64,000 nucleotides of DNA, taken from the NCBI RefSeq assembly GCF_009914755.1, contig NC_060926.1; one strand, 5' to 3'. Source of the stretch: the human T2T-CHM13v2.0 reference genome, Homo sapiens. A program made the translations under genes and the position numbers. Positions 30,166 through 44,339 of this stretch are shown here, piece after piece (the first letter of the stretch is position 1; the number at the start of each line of letters is the position of its first letter). The notes under the pieces were generated by a model. It had not been told where the DNA came from. It made no database searches and worked only from the letters and a program-made list of their open reading frames with translations.

Positions 30166-31720
30166 AATATTTTTCTATCCCCAGTGCACAACTGCTTGAA
30201 CCTATTAGATAATCAATACATGTTTCTTGAACTGAGATCAATTTCCCCATGTTGTCTGACTGATGAAGCCCTACATTTTCTTCTAGAGGAGATGACATTT
30301 GAGCAAGATCTTAAAGAAAATCAGATGCCTTCACCTGACCACTGCTTGGTGATCCCATGGCACTTTGTACATCTCTCCATTAGCTCTCATCTCACCAGCC
30401 CATCATTATTGTATGTGCTGCCTTCTGAAGCTTGCAGCTGGCTACATCAGGTAGAATAAAATCATCCTTTCATAAAATAGTGACCTCCTTTTTTATTTGC
30501 ATTTCCAAAGCCAAGCACGTGGTAGGTAGACAACAAATGCTTGCTCCTGGGCTGCGCTAAAGGCATCTATAACCACTAAGCCCAAAGAGTGTGGTGTCCC
30601 TTCAAAAGGAAGGAGCCAGTGTTTATATCACTTTTTCTTGACCTTCACGGCTCCACTCAAAGCCCACCTCCAGCATGAGGCACTATCCAGTCCAATCCAC
30701 AGTGATCACTCCCTTTCTGAGTCCTTCTAGGAAATCAGACACAGTCATTTGAGGTGTGTGTTAGTAATCTTTCCTCAGATGCCCTGTGAGCTCTTTTGCA
30801 CAGTACCAAGGCATGTAATAGGCAGGAAACGTATTTAATTGCTTGGCTTAGTTCTAGTTTTCAATGTGTACTTCTCCAGAATTATCCAATTAACCCTAAC
30901 TTGAGAAGATAGGCAAACTGGATTTGCACACACTGGAGTCAATTCCTGATATCCCCGGGGGTGTGAATGAACAGAGGTCTTCTTGCTGGCTTCTGTAACA
31001 GTATCTCTCTTTGGCCAGCACCCAATTTTTGGAACCATTATGAGCACACAAAAACAGCATTTTACACAAATCAAGAAATAGCTCCCAACCATGTCTTTGT
31101 GGCATTGTTAAACAACAGTAAATTGTACTTTGAGTTCTATTTCCTCTAATTAAATGAAATGAGAAGTGGGCCCAAGTCCCCCAGAAAGAGACTGGAGGGA
31201 ACCACGATGTTTCCTGTGATTAGATACACCACTAAGGAAATCTGACCCTGAGCAACTGAAAGCTGCCTATTCTCATTAAGAAGAGCTACAGACTGACCCT
31301 TTTCAAAGACTAGTAACTGGACACATTTCTTTCACAAATTATCTTCTTTTCCCTTCTTCATACCAGGAATTCTCAGGGATTATAATCCTCATCAATATAA
31401 CAAGCCTCCAAAGTCATATTTTTTAACTTTGTGAAATGCCCTCCCACCTAACTACCCCATTTGACACCTGCAACCATCCTCTAGAGAGGCAGACAAGATC
31501 GACCGTCTCACTTTACAGAAGTGCAAAGAGTAGCTGGCCTAATGCCACAGCCAATGAACAGATGAAGGAGGCCTACAACCACCTAGTCTTCCCTACTTCT
31601 CCTCACTCCTCCCCTCTGACCTCCTTATGTCACCACTGACCAATGGATCACTGTGTGGCCGTTCAGCATCTTCCTATGCTGTGTCAGGCAAGAGAAATTC
31701 TGGAAAGAGAGCATCTCATG

Positions 31721-31726
31721 TTTATT
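31721..31726 (-). terminator. AATAAA polyadenylation signal of the candidate terminal exon
   Basis: Plus-strand tttatt, 135 nt downstream of the acceptor cattttctttccatatttcag. Confidence 0.45.
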
Positions 31727-33049
31727 AAGGAGACTGGGTGTCCTTGTAGAAAGTCCTGCCATGCACAACCCCGGTCTTAACTGATGTGTTTCACCATACT
31801 GAAGGCAAGTTGCCATCTAACATAGTTGAAGGCGAGCCAGTTGTGGTGATCTTTGTTCCTGCTGAAATATGGAAAGAAAATGAGGAAATGAGCTCATTTT
31901 CAAAGAAAATGAACATTCTTTCACATGAAAGAAATAGGAGCAAAGTGACAGGAGAGAAACAAAGCTTAGGGTTGGTGTGAGATACACAGACAGGGTGTTA
32001 GCCCCACAAACAGTGCTGCTGGGCCAAGTTAACTCCCTGTTTTTCCCTATATATGTGGTGTGGAAAAGCTATTTATAAAATGTGTTTAAATATTTAGGAC
32101 CAAATAAATCAACATTGTTGGGAAACATTGACTCTGACCAGAACTCATTTCCTCACCCTAGTCCAATGTGAATAACAAAATGAAGAATATCAGGATGATT
32201 CGAGACCAGGAATACTACAGATGTCCAACACTTCCACCTGGAATCCCCAAAGAGGCCCGCTTTTAGCCTCCACACTGGTTGGTGACCTGACATGAGAGAA
32301 ATGACAGAAATCTCAGAAGACTGGCCTCATGAATAATCTTCAGTTTCAATGTAACAAAGCAAGCCTTCTAGAAATTACCTGCCTCTGCAGTTCACTCTGC
32401 TGCTTCAGATGAAAATTTTCAGGTCTGTCTGCCACTGTAGTGAAGCACTGCTTTGGGTAGTGTCTGTGGAGAAACTTTTTAAAGGACATAGTTGAAATAT
32501 TGTGCTACAAACCAATTCTTGAACACCACTCATTTTGTCCTACCTCTCTGTGACCGTGAAAGACGGCTGTACTCTTGGCAAAGGTCATCTCTCTGTCATG
32601 AGTCTGGATCTCCTTTTCTTCTCCTGATTATCTGTCACTCAGTTATCCCCACTCTCTTCCACAACTTTAACTTCAGCTTCTCTATTCTAAGAGACTCTTC
32701 TCGCAGGCTCAAGGCTCTCCTACCCTCCATCATTCCTCCCTCTACCCCACACAGCCAGCATGTGTCCAGCTAGTCTATCCTTCAGCCAAACTTCCTTAGA
32801 AAGAGGACTTACCTCACTGTCCCTACCCCTCTACTCTCTGACTCACTTCTTAGCTCCATGACTGGGTTCTGGTTTCTTTCCCTTGCCTGTTGTGACTTCC
32901 TATGGACACAGCCAAAAATCATCACATAGTCCTGTTGTATGGCATCCCCACCATCTTGAAATGTCCTCTCCCTCAGTTCCTATGTGTTACCACACACGCC
33001 TGCCTTGGCTTCTCCCTCTAGTTGTTCCTTCTCTGTCTTCTGTGGGCTT

Positions 33050-33420
33050 CTTATTGTCTGCTCACTCCTTCTTCAGTGTCCTCTCATGGGCTTCCTTCCC
33101 TTCTCAGCTGATGCCATCACCTGGGGAATCACAGTTACTCAGCAGCACTGGGGCCTCTCTATCTCTATGCTGGTCATGCCTATGTGTGAGCTGCAGACCC
33201 AGTGGAATTTCCATTTGTGCATCCCATGCCCAGCCCACCCTCCACCAGCCTCGAATGCAGCTGTTCAGCCCTACCCCAGTCCTCAGAAAAGTTCCTCTCC
33301 CTGGATCCTCTTTTTCCTTCATGAGTGCCCGGTTGCCCAAGTCAAAAACCTGGGAGTGATATAAACTCCCCACACATCCAGTCAGTCACTCATCAACTCT
33401 ATTGATTCTGTCTGCTAAAT
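33050..33420 (+). mobile_element. L2 remnant
   Basis: gttgcccaagtcaaaaacctgggagtga...ccccacacatccagtcagtcac resembles the L2 3' region. Confidence 0.5.
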
Positions 33421-33548
33421 ATATCTCAATTGTATTAACTTAAACATATGCATAATACATCTTCTTCTTCACTGCATTTTTGTGGGCTGCACTTACCTTT
33501 CAGGTAACAACAACACTGGCCCCTCTTGCCCTTCTAGTCAGAAGTGCC

Positions 33549-34257
33549 AAAATGATGAGAGCTAGCCATGACAAACCCACAGCCAACATTACACTGAATG
33601 TGCAAAACTGGAAGGGCATCCAAACAGAGGAGGGAAGAGAGGAATAGACAGGAAGTCAAACTGTCTCTGTTTACAGATGACATGTTTCTATATCTAGAAA
33701 GCCCCATAGTCTTGGCCCCAAAGCTTCTTCTGCTGATAAACTTTAGCAAAGTCTTAGCATACAAAATCAATGTGCAAAAATTACTAGCAGTCCTATACAT
33801 CAAGTCAAGCAGAGAGTCAAATGAAGAACACAATCCCATTCATAATTGCTACACACAGAAAAAATAAGATACCTAGGAATACAGCTAACCAGGGAGGTGA
33901 AAGATCTCTAGGAGATCTCTAGAAGAATTACAAAACACTGCTCAAAGAAATCAGAGAAGACAGAAACAAATGGAAAAACATGTCATGCTCATGGATAGGA
34001 AGAATTAATGTCATTAAAATGGCTATACTGCCCAAAGTAATTTACAGATGCAAGTTATCCCTATTAAATTACCAACGGCATTCCTCACAGAACTAGAGCA
34101 AACTATTTCAAAATTCATATGGAACCAAAAAAAAGAGCCCTAATAGCCAAGCAATCCTCAGCAAAAAGAACGAAGCTGGAGGCATCATGTTACCCAACTT
34201 CAAACCATACTACAGGGCTACAGTAACCAAAACAGCATGATACTGATACAAAAACAG
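33549..34257 (+). mobile_element. Inverted ORF2 segment of old L1 element A
   Basis: ORF2 sense on the plus strand ([19 protein letters not shown], with the RT FADD motif degenerate); continues directly from where the minus-strand part ends. Confidence 0.85.
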
Positions 34258-34562
34258 CTCATCATTTTGAGCTATGTTTCTTCAATACCCAGATTTTTTA
34301 GAGTTTTTAATATGGAGAGGCATTGAATTTTATTGAAAGCCTTTTCTGCTTATATTGAGATAACCACATGGTTTTTATCTTTAGTTTTGTTCATGTGATG
34401 AATCAGATTAATTGATATGTGTATGTTGAGGCAACCTTGCATCCTGGGGATGAAGCATACTTGATCATGATGGATTAACTTTTTGATGTGCTGCTGGATT
34501 TGGTTTGCCAGTATTTTGTTGAGGATTTTTGCATTGATGTTCATCGAGGGTATTGGCCTGAA

Positions 34563-34566
<4 letters not shown>

Positions 34567-34602
<36 letters not shown>
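34567..34602. repeat. (GT)n microsatellite
   Basis: Direct reading. Confidence 0.95.
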
Positions 34603-34604
<2 letters not shown>

Positions 34605-37128
34605 CTGCCAGATTTTGGTATCAAGATGATGTTGGCCTCATAGAATGAGTTGGGGAGGAGTTCCTCCTCCTCAATATTTTCAAATAGTTCCTGTAAAAAT
34701 GGTACCAGCTCTTCTTTGTATTTCTAGTAGAATATGACTGGGAATCCATCATGTTCTGGGCTTTTTTTGGTTGGTAGGTTATTTATTACTGATTCAATTT
34801 CGGAGCTTGTTATTGGTCTGTTTACAGCAAATCAATTTCTTCCTGGCTCAGTTGTGGGAGGGTGTATTTCTCCATGAATTTATCCATCTCTTTGAAGTTT
34901 TCTAGTTTGTATGCATAGAAGTGTTTGCAGTAGTTTCTGATGGCTGTTTCTATTTCTGTGGGGTCAGTGGTAACATTCCCTTTGTCATTTCTAATTGTGT
35001 TTCTTTCAATCATCCTCTGTATTAGTCTGCTAGCAGACTTTCTTATTAATATTTTCAAGAAACCTACCCGGAATTCATAGATCTTTTGAATTTCTTTTTT
35101 TCATGTCTCGGTTTCTTTCAGTTCAGCTCAGATTTTCAGTTATTTCTTGTCTTCCTCTAGCTTTGGGGTTTTGTCTTGCTTCTCTAGTTCTTTCAGTTGT
35201 GATGTTAGGTTATTAATTTGAGTTCTTCCTAACTTTTTGATGTGGGATTTAGTGCTATAAATTTCCCTCCTAACATTGTCTTAGCTGTGTCCAGAGGCTC
35301 TAGTATGTTGTAACTTTGTTCTCATTATTTTCAAAGAGCTTCTTGATTTCTGCCTTAATTTCATTATTTATTAAAAAGTCATTCAGGAGCATGTTGATTG
35401 ATTTCCATGTAATTGCATGATTTTCAGCAATTTTCTTAGTCTTCTATTTTTACTGCACTGTGATCTCAGTATGTATTTGGTATGATTTCAGTTGTTTTGC
35501 ATTTGCTGAGGATTGCTTTATGTCCAATTATGTGGTTGATTTTAGAGTATGTGGCATATGATGATGTGAGGAATGCATATTCTGTTGTTTTTGAGTGCAG
35601 AGTTCTGTAAAGGTCTATCAGATCCATTTGATCCAATGTTGAGTTCAGGTCCTGAATATCTTTGTTCATTTTTTTGCCTCAATCATCTGTCTAATACTGT
35701 CATTGGAGTGTGGAAATCTCCCACTATTACTGTGAAACATACTTTGTAGGTCTCTAAGAACTTTACTTATGAATCTGGGTGCTCCTGCATTGGATGAATA
35801 TATATTTAGGATAGTTAGGTCTTCTCGTTGAATTGAAGCCTTTGCCATTATGTAATATCCTTCTTTGTCTTTTCTATTTTATTTTAAGTTCCAGGATACA
35901 TGTACAGGATGTGCAGGTTTGTTACATAGTTAAACATGTGCCATGGTGGTTTGCTGCACCTATCAACCTATCACCTAGGTATTAAGCCCCACGTGCATTA
36001 GCTATTTATCGTGATGCTCTCCTTCCCCCTACCTTCCCAACAGGCTCCGGTGTGTGTTCTGCCCCTCCCTGTGTCCATGTGTTCTCATTGTTCGGTTCCC
36101 ACTTATGAGAACATGTGGTGTTTGGTTTCCTGTTCCTGTGTTAATTAGCTGAAGTTTATGGCTTCCAGCTTCATCCATGTCCCTGCAAAAGACATGATCT
36201 CATTCCTTTTTATGGCTGCATAGTATTCCATGGTGTATATGTATCACATTTTCTTTATCCAGTCTATCATTGATGGACATTTGGGCTGATTCCATGTCTT
36301 TGCTATTGTGAATAGTGCTGCAATAAACATAAGTGTGCATGTATCTTTAAAACAGAATGATTTATATTTCTTTGGATATAAACCTAGTAATGGGATTGCT
36401 GGGTCAAATGGTATTTCTGCTTCTAGATCCTCCAGGAATTGCCACACTGTCTTCCACAATGGTTGAACTAGTTTACATTCCCACCAACAGTGTAAAAGTG
36501 TTCCTGTTTCTCCACAGCCTCTCTAGCATCTGTTGTTTCTTGACTTTTTAATAATTGCCATTCTGACTGGCATGAGATGGTATCTCATTGTGGTTTTGAT
36601 TTGCATTTCTCTAATAAACACTAGTGTTGAGCTTTTTTTTTCATATGTTTGTCGGACGCATAAATGTCTTCTTTTCAGAATGTCTGTTCGTGACCTTTGC
36701 CCATGTTTTGATGGGGTTGTTATTTTCTTGTAAATTTGTTTAAGTTCCTTGTAGATTCTGGATATTAGACCTTTGTCAGATTGGTAGATTGCAAAAATAT
36801 TCTCCCATTCTGTAGGTTGCTTGTTCACTCTGATGATAGTTTCTTTCCCTGTGCAGAAGTGCTTACGTTTAATTAGATCCCATTTATCAATTTTTGCTTT
36901 TGTTGCAATTGCTATTGATGATTTCATCGTAAAATCTTTGCTCATGCCTATGTCCTGAATGGAACTTCCTAGATTTTCTTCTAGGGTTTTTTACAGTTCG
37001 GGGTTTCACATTTAAGTTTTTAATCCATCTTGAGTTAATTTTTGCATAAGATGTAAGGATGAGGTCCAGTTTCAGTTTTCTGCATATGGCTAGTCAGTTT
37101 TCCCAGCACCATTTAAATAGGGAATCCT

Positions 37129-37659
<531 letters not shown>

Positions 37660-40600
37660 TCAGTCTCTTTTTTGGTTGCATATGAAACTTAAAGTAGTTT
37701 TTTTTTAATTATGTGAAGAATGTCAATGGTAGTTTGATGTGAATAGCACTGAATCTATAAATTACCTTGGGCAGTATGGCCATTTTCATGAGATTGATTC
37801 TTCCCACCCATGAGCATGGAATATTTTTCCATTTGTTTGTGTCCTCTCTTATTTCCTTGAGCAGTGGCTTGTAGTTCTCCTTGAAGAGGTTCTTCACACC
37901 CATCGTTAGCTGTATTCCTAGGTATTTTATTCTCTTTGTAACAATTGTGAATGGGAGTTCATTCATGATTTGGCTCTCTTGCCTATTGTTGGTGTATAGG
38001 AATTGAAGAATATTGTCTATTGCTGGTGTATAAGAATGCTTGTGATTTTTGCACATTGATTTTGTATCTTCAGACTTTGCTGAACTTGCTTATCAGCTTC
38101 AGGAGTTTTTGGGCTGTGACGATGTGGTTTTCTAGATATAGAATCACGTTTTCTGCAAACACAGACAATTTGATTTTATCTCTTGCTATTTGAACATGTT
38201 TTATTTCTTTCTTTTTTTTTGAAGGGTTTTTCATGTCTCTGTCTCCTTCAGTTCCACTTTGATCTTAGTCATTTTTTTTTTTCTCTTCTGCTAACTTTTG
38301 GATTTGTTTGCTCTTGCTTCTCTAGTTCTTTTAGTTGTGATGTTAGGGTGTCAATTTGAGATATGTCTAGCTTTATGATGTGGGCATTTAGTGCTATAAA
38401 TTTACCTCTTAACACTGCTTTAGTTGCCTCCCAGAGATTCTGGTACATTGTCTCTTTGTTCTCATTGGTTTCAAAGAGCTTCTTGATTTCTGCCTTAATT
38501 TTATTATTTACCCAGAAGTCACTCAGGAGCACGTTGTTCAATATCCATGTAGTTGTGTGGTTTTGAGTGAGTTTCTTAATCTTGAGTTCTAATTTGATTG
38601 CACTGTGGTCTGAGAGATTGTTATGATTTCAGTTATTTTGCATTTGCTGAGGAGTGTTTTAATTCTAATTTTGTGATCAATTTTAGAGTGTCATATGCCA
38701 CTAAGAATAATATATAGTCTGTTGTTTCGTGTTGGAGAGTTCTGTAGATATCTATGAGATTCACTTGATCCAGAGCTGTGTTCAAGTCCTTTCTGGTCAA
38801 TTTTCTGCCTAGATGATCCAATATTGACAATGGGGTGTTAATGTCTCCCACTATTGTTGTGTGGTAGCCTGAGTCTCTTTGTAGGTCTCTAAGAACTTGT
38901 TTTGTGAATCTGGGTTCTCCTGTATTGGGTGCATACATATTTAGGATAGTTAGCTCTTCTTGTTGAATTGATTCCTTTATCATTGTGATGTTCTTCTTTG
39001 TCTTTTTTTATCTTTGTTGATTCAAAGTCTGTTTTGTCAGAAACTAAGATTGCAACCCCTGCTTTTTTCTGCTTTCCATTTGCTTGGTAAATTTTCCTCC
39101 ATCGCTTTGAGCCTATGTGTGTCTTTGCACATGAGATAGGAACCCTGAATACAGCACACCTGAATCTTGACTCTTTATATCCAATTTGCTGGTCTGTGTC
39201 TTTTAATTGGTACATTTAGCCCATTGACACTTAAGGTTAATATGGTTATGTGTGAATTTGATCCTGTCACCATGATGCTTGCTGGTTATTTTGCTCACTA
39301 GTTGATGTAGTTTCTTCATAGTGTCATTGGTCTTTGTACTTCAGTACATTTTTGCAGTGGCTGGTACCAGTTTTTCCTTTCCATCTTTAGCACTTCCTTC
39401 AGGAGGTCTTGCAAGGCAGGCCTGGTGGTGATAAATTCCCTCAGCATTTGCTTGTCTGAAAAGGATTTCTCCTTCACTTATGAAGGTTAGTTTGGCCAGA
39501 TATGAAATTCTAGGTTAGAAATTCTTTTCTCTAAGAATGTTGACCATTGGACCCAACTGTCTCCTGGCTTGTGGGGTTTCTGCTGAGAGGCCCACTCTTA
39601 GTCAGATGGGCTTCCCGTTGTAGGTGACCTGCCCTTTGTCTCTGTCTGCCTTTAACATTTTTTCCTTCATTTTGATCTTGGAGAATCTGATGACTATGTG
39701 TCTTGAGGGTTGATCTTCTTGTGGAGTATCTTACTGGGGTTCTCTGGATTTCCTGAATTTGAATGTTGGCCTGTCTTGCTAGGTTGGGGAAGTTCTTCTG
39801 GATGATATCTTGAAGTGTGTTTTCCCAACGTGGCTCCATTCTCCTTGTCTCTTTCAGGTAGTCCAATCAGTCATAGGTTTGGTCTTTTACATAGTTCCAC
39901 AGTTCTTTGAGGTTTTGTTCATTCCTTTTCATTCTTTTTTCTCTAATCTTCTCTGCCTGCCTTATTTTGGCAAGACAGTCTTCAAGCTCTGATATTCTTT
40001 TTTCTGCTTGATCAATTCAGCTGTTGATACTTGTGTTTGCATCACAAAGTTCCCCTTATGTGCTTTACAGCTGGCTCTGGTCATTTATGTTCCTCTCTAA
40101 ACTGGTTATTCTAGTTAGCATCTTCTGTAATCTTTTAACATGGTTCTTAGCTTCTTTGCTGACAGAAGTAGGGTTCAGAAGGTGGGTAATAACAAATTTC
40201 ACAGAGCTAAATGAGCATGTTCTAACCCAATGCATTGATTTCTCCACCTCCCTTTCAGGGATGCCAGTGATTTGTAGAATTGGCCTCTATATATAACCCC
40301 ATACTTATTGGAGGTTTTCTTCCTTCCGTTTTATTCTTTTTTATTTTTGTCTGTCTTATTTTAGAGAACCAATCTTTAAGTTCTGGGATTCGTTCCAATA
40401 TGTTGGGTTAGAGCGTACTCCTTTAGCTCAGTGAAGTTTGCTACTACCCACCTTCTGAAGCCTACTTCTGTCAATTCATCCATCTCAACCTCCACCCAGG
40501 ACTGTGCCCTTGCTGTAGAGGTGTTGTGATCATTTGGAGTAAACAAGTCACTCTGGCCTTTTGAGTTGTTAGGGGTTTTTCATTCCTTTCTCATCTTCAT

Positions 40601-41354
40601 GAGTTTGTCTCATTTTGATCTTTGAGGCTGCTGACCTTTAGATGAGGTTTTCGTGGGGACTTTTTGGTTGATGTTGTTGTTGCTTTCTGTTTTTCTTTCG
40701 ACAGTCAGGTACCTCTTCTGTAGGGCTGCTGTGGTTTGCTGGGGATTCACTTCAAGCCCTATTTATCTGGGTCCCTCCCACACCTGAAGATGTCACCAGA
40801 GGGTGCTGGAGAACAGCAAAGATGGGACCCCACTCCTTCCTCTGGGATCTCTGTCCTTGAGGGGCACCCACCTGATGCCAGTAGAAATGCTCCTGTATAA
40901 GGTGTCTGGTGACCCACTGGGGTGTTTCACCCAGTTGAGGGGCACAGGATCCAGGACTTGCTTAATGAAGCACTTTGATTGTCCCTTTGGGAAGGGGGTA
41001 TGCTGTGCCGGGGAAAATCCCACTCATCTGGGCTGCCTGGAATCCTCAGAGTGAGCAGGGGGAAAGAACAAGTCTTCCGGTTTGTGGAGACAACAGCCAG
41101 CCACCCCTCCCACTAGGGACTCAGACCTAGAGAGATCAGAGTTCTCTCCCTAATTCCCTGGCTTGAGTTGCTGGAGTTCCTGCAGGGAGGCCCCACCCAG
41201 TGAGGAGGGATGGGTCAGGGTCAGCCTAAAGAGGCAGTCTGGCCATGATCTGCCACAGCCAGTATGCTGCGCTGTGGGGAATACCTCTTGGGACCAAGCC
41301 GTCCAGTCTTCCTGGCATCAGCAAAGGAAAAACAGCAGCCTGGATCTGTAGAAA

Positions 41355-41640
41355 TGGCTGCCGCCCTTCCTCCCCAGGAGTTCAGTGTCTTAGGCAGCTA
41401 GCAGCCACAGTGATGGCTGCTGTCCCTTCTTAGGGAGCTCAGTTTCCTCAGGCAGCAGGCAGCTGCAGTGATGATGACTGCCCCTCTCTTGGGAAGCTCA
41501 GTTGTCTTAGGCAGCCAGCAACCACAGTGATGATTGCTCCCCCTCCCCCAGGGAACTCAGAGGGTTTAGGCAGCAGGCAGCCACAGTGATGATGACCACC
41601 CCTCCCCAACTTGGGAACTCGGTAGTTTTAGGCAGACTCC
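41355..41640. repeat. ~60-bp tandem repeat (about 5 copies) in the L1 B 5'UTR
   Basis: Recurrent taggcagc..gcagccacagtgatgatg..ccct...gggaactcag. Confidence 0.8.
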
Positions 41641-44339
41641 AGCTGAGTGGCTGTTGAGAATCTGCATGGCTCTGTGGTTGGCACCCAAGGCCCTCGTGGT
41701 GTGGTCTCATGAGTGGGATCTTCTGATCTGTGGATTGCAAAGATCCATGGAAAAAGCAGTTTCCCAGGCTGGGTAGCATGCTCACTCACTGCCTCCCTTG
41801 GCTGGCTGAGGGTGACGGCTCCCCTTGCCCCATGTGGCTCCCAGGTGGGCCAATCCACCAGCCCATCTTTCCTTGTTCTCTATGGGTCACGGCAACCACC
41901 TAGTCAGTCCTGATCATAGAACCTGGATATGTCAGTTGCTGGTGCAGGATTTGCACACTCTTTTAGTTCTTCTCAGTGGGAGCCTCAAACTGCAGCTGCT
42001 TCTAGTCGGCTATCTTGCCCCTGCCCCCTTGTCCTTTTGAAAAATTATTGTTCATTTGAAATCTGTTTTGTCTGAAATTAGGATTGCAACCTCTGCTTTT
42101 TTTCTGTTTTCTATTTGTCTGGTAGATTTTTCTCCATCCTTTTAGTTTGAGACGATGAGTGTCATTATGTGTGAGATGGGTCTCTTGAAGACGACATACC
42201 ATTGGGTCTCACTTTTTTTTTTTTTAAATCTAGCTTGCCACTCTGTGCCTTTTAAGTGGGGCATTTGCCCATTTACATTCAAGGCTAGTATCGATTTGTG
42301 TAGATTTGATCTTGTCATTGTGCTGTTGGCTGGTTATTATGTTGGCTTTTTTGTGTGGTTGCTTTATAGTGTCACCGGTCTGTGTGTTTAAGTATGTTTT
42401 TGCATTAGCGTGTAGTGGTCTTTCCTTTCTATATTTAGTCCTCCTTTCTAAAATCTCTTGTAAGGCAGATGTGGTGGTAATGAATTACCTCAGAATTTGC
42501 TTGTCTGTAAATGATCTCATTTCTCCTTCATTTAGAAAGCTTAGTTTAGCTGTATATGAAATTCTTGGTTGAAGATTTTCTTTAATAATGTTAAATATAG
42601 TCCCCCAATCCCTTCTGGCTTGTAGGATTTCAGCTGAGAGATCTGCTGTTAGCCTAATGGGGTTCCCTTTGTAGATGGCCTGCCCTTTCTCTCTGGCTGC
42701 CTTTAACATATTTTCCCTCATTTCGACCTTGGAAAACCTGATGTTTATGTGTCTTGAGGATGGTCTTGTGTAGAATCTTGTAGGAGTTCTTTGTATTTCC
42801 TGAATTTGACTGTTGGCCTTTCTAGCAAGGTTAGGGAAGCTTTCAAAGATGATATCCTGAACTACGTTTTCCAAGTTGTTTGATTTCTCCACCTCCCTTT
42901 CAGAGATGCCAGTGATTTGTAGAATTGGCCTCTTTATATAATCCCATCCTCCTTGAAGGTTTTGTTCATTCTTTTTTATTTTTGTCCATCTTATTTTAGA
43001 GAACCAATCTTCAAGTTCTGAGATTCGTTCCTCAGGTTTTTTTTTCTGCTGTTAATACTTGTGATTGCATTGTGGAATTCTTGTATTGTGTTCTTCGGCG
43101 CTTTCAGATCGGTTAGGTTCTTTTTTATTATACCAGCTACTTTATCCTTCAGCTCCTGTAACACTTTACTGTTATTCTTATTTTCCTTGGATTGGGTTTT
43201 GCCATTCTCCTGAGTCTTGATGATTTTTTTTCCTATCCATATTCTGAATTATATTTATGTAATTCCAGACAGTTCATCCAGGTTAAGAACTCTTGTTGGA
43301 GAACTGGTGTGGTTGTTAGAAGGACATATGACACAGAGGCCATTTGAGTTACTGGAGTTCTTGCATTGGTTTCTTCTCATTTCCACCTATGGGTTTTCCT
43401 TTAATTGCAGTGTAGATTGAGTACAGTCCGTAGACTTATTTTCGGATGTTTTCACCAGGCTGAGGCTTTGTGCAGGGTCTTTATTTGAAGCTGACTTCTC
43501 ATTTCTGGTTTCAGAGGGGAGTATATTAGTAAGGTATTTTTGATGCTGAAGCTTTGGGATGTGATCCAGTAGGTGGCACTTGGGCTTACTGGTCAGTTGG
43601 TAGACTCTTGCTTGGTCATGTGGCTCCCCTATGTTTCCTTACAGTTGCAGCCATGTTCCCTCTCAATGATCTGAAAATGTGCTTCTCTCCCCCTTGAGTG
43701 CTGGCTGTAGGTCATGGCTTGGCACTCCTAGGCTGCCCACTGCAGCTCTGGGGCAATCTCAGTGTTTATATTTCTTTCCTAACTTTGAGGCAGAAGAGGA
43801 AGGGACATTAGTAGTGGTTGTAGCCAAGGGTCTTTTGTTTGTCTCCTCAGAGTTCCACCACCCCTGGAGAATACAGCAACTGTTTACTGCAATCAGCAAT
43901 CAGGATGGAGAATTCGTGCTGTGGGGGCCAATCCAGGGGTTCCCTGTCATGAGCAGTGGGGAGTGTGTAGAACCCATGAGAGATGGGCTTTGGTCAATTA
44001 AAGCTTGTTGAAGGTGTAGATAAGGGTGTTAGCTCCTTCATCAGTCTGAGGGTAGCAAGGACAGTTCCACTGCAGAAGCAGTGGCAGAGAGGCTTTCAGT
44101 TGCCCCTGGAGGCTCTCTCCAGGGAGTGGCTGAGTTGCTACTGGCTCAACAGTTCTGGTAGGGGGGGTTAGGTAGAGGTCCAGGCCTGCAAGACTTGCCT
44201 AGTGAGAAGATATAGGAATGGGAACCCAGGTAACAGTCTGGCCACTTTTCCATAGGGCTGCTGCAGTATGCCCAGGGCCCGCTCCAGTCTCTAGTAGCCT
44301 CAGATTTTCCAGTACCTGGAGTTATCATCAGTGAAGCCT

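Larger units (their letters stand above)
31700..33607 (-). ncRNA. Candidate 3' part of a spliced lncRNA with exons 33607-33497, 32899-32813, 32463-32379, 32286-32157 and 31861-~31700
   Basis: Donors AAG|GTAAGT, GAG|GTAAGT, CAG|GTAATT and AGG|GTGAGG. Pyrimidine-tract AG acceptors. AATAAA at 31726-31721 (minus). No transcript data were available. Confidence 0.55.

Noticed and set aside
32883-33364. 158-aa and 126-aa plus-strand ORFs
   Set aside because: CT-rich sequence overlapping an L2 remnant, with non-ATG starts and no recognisable domain; the splice signals point to the opposite strand.
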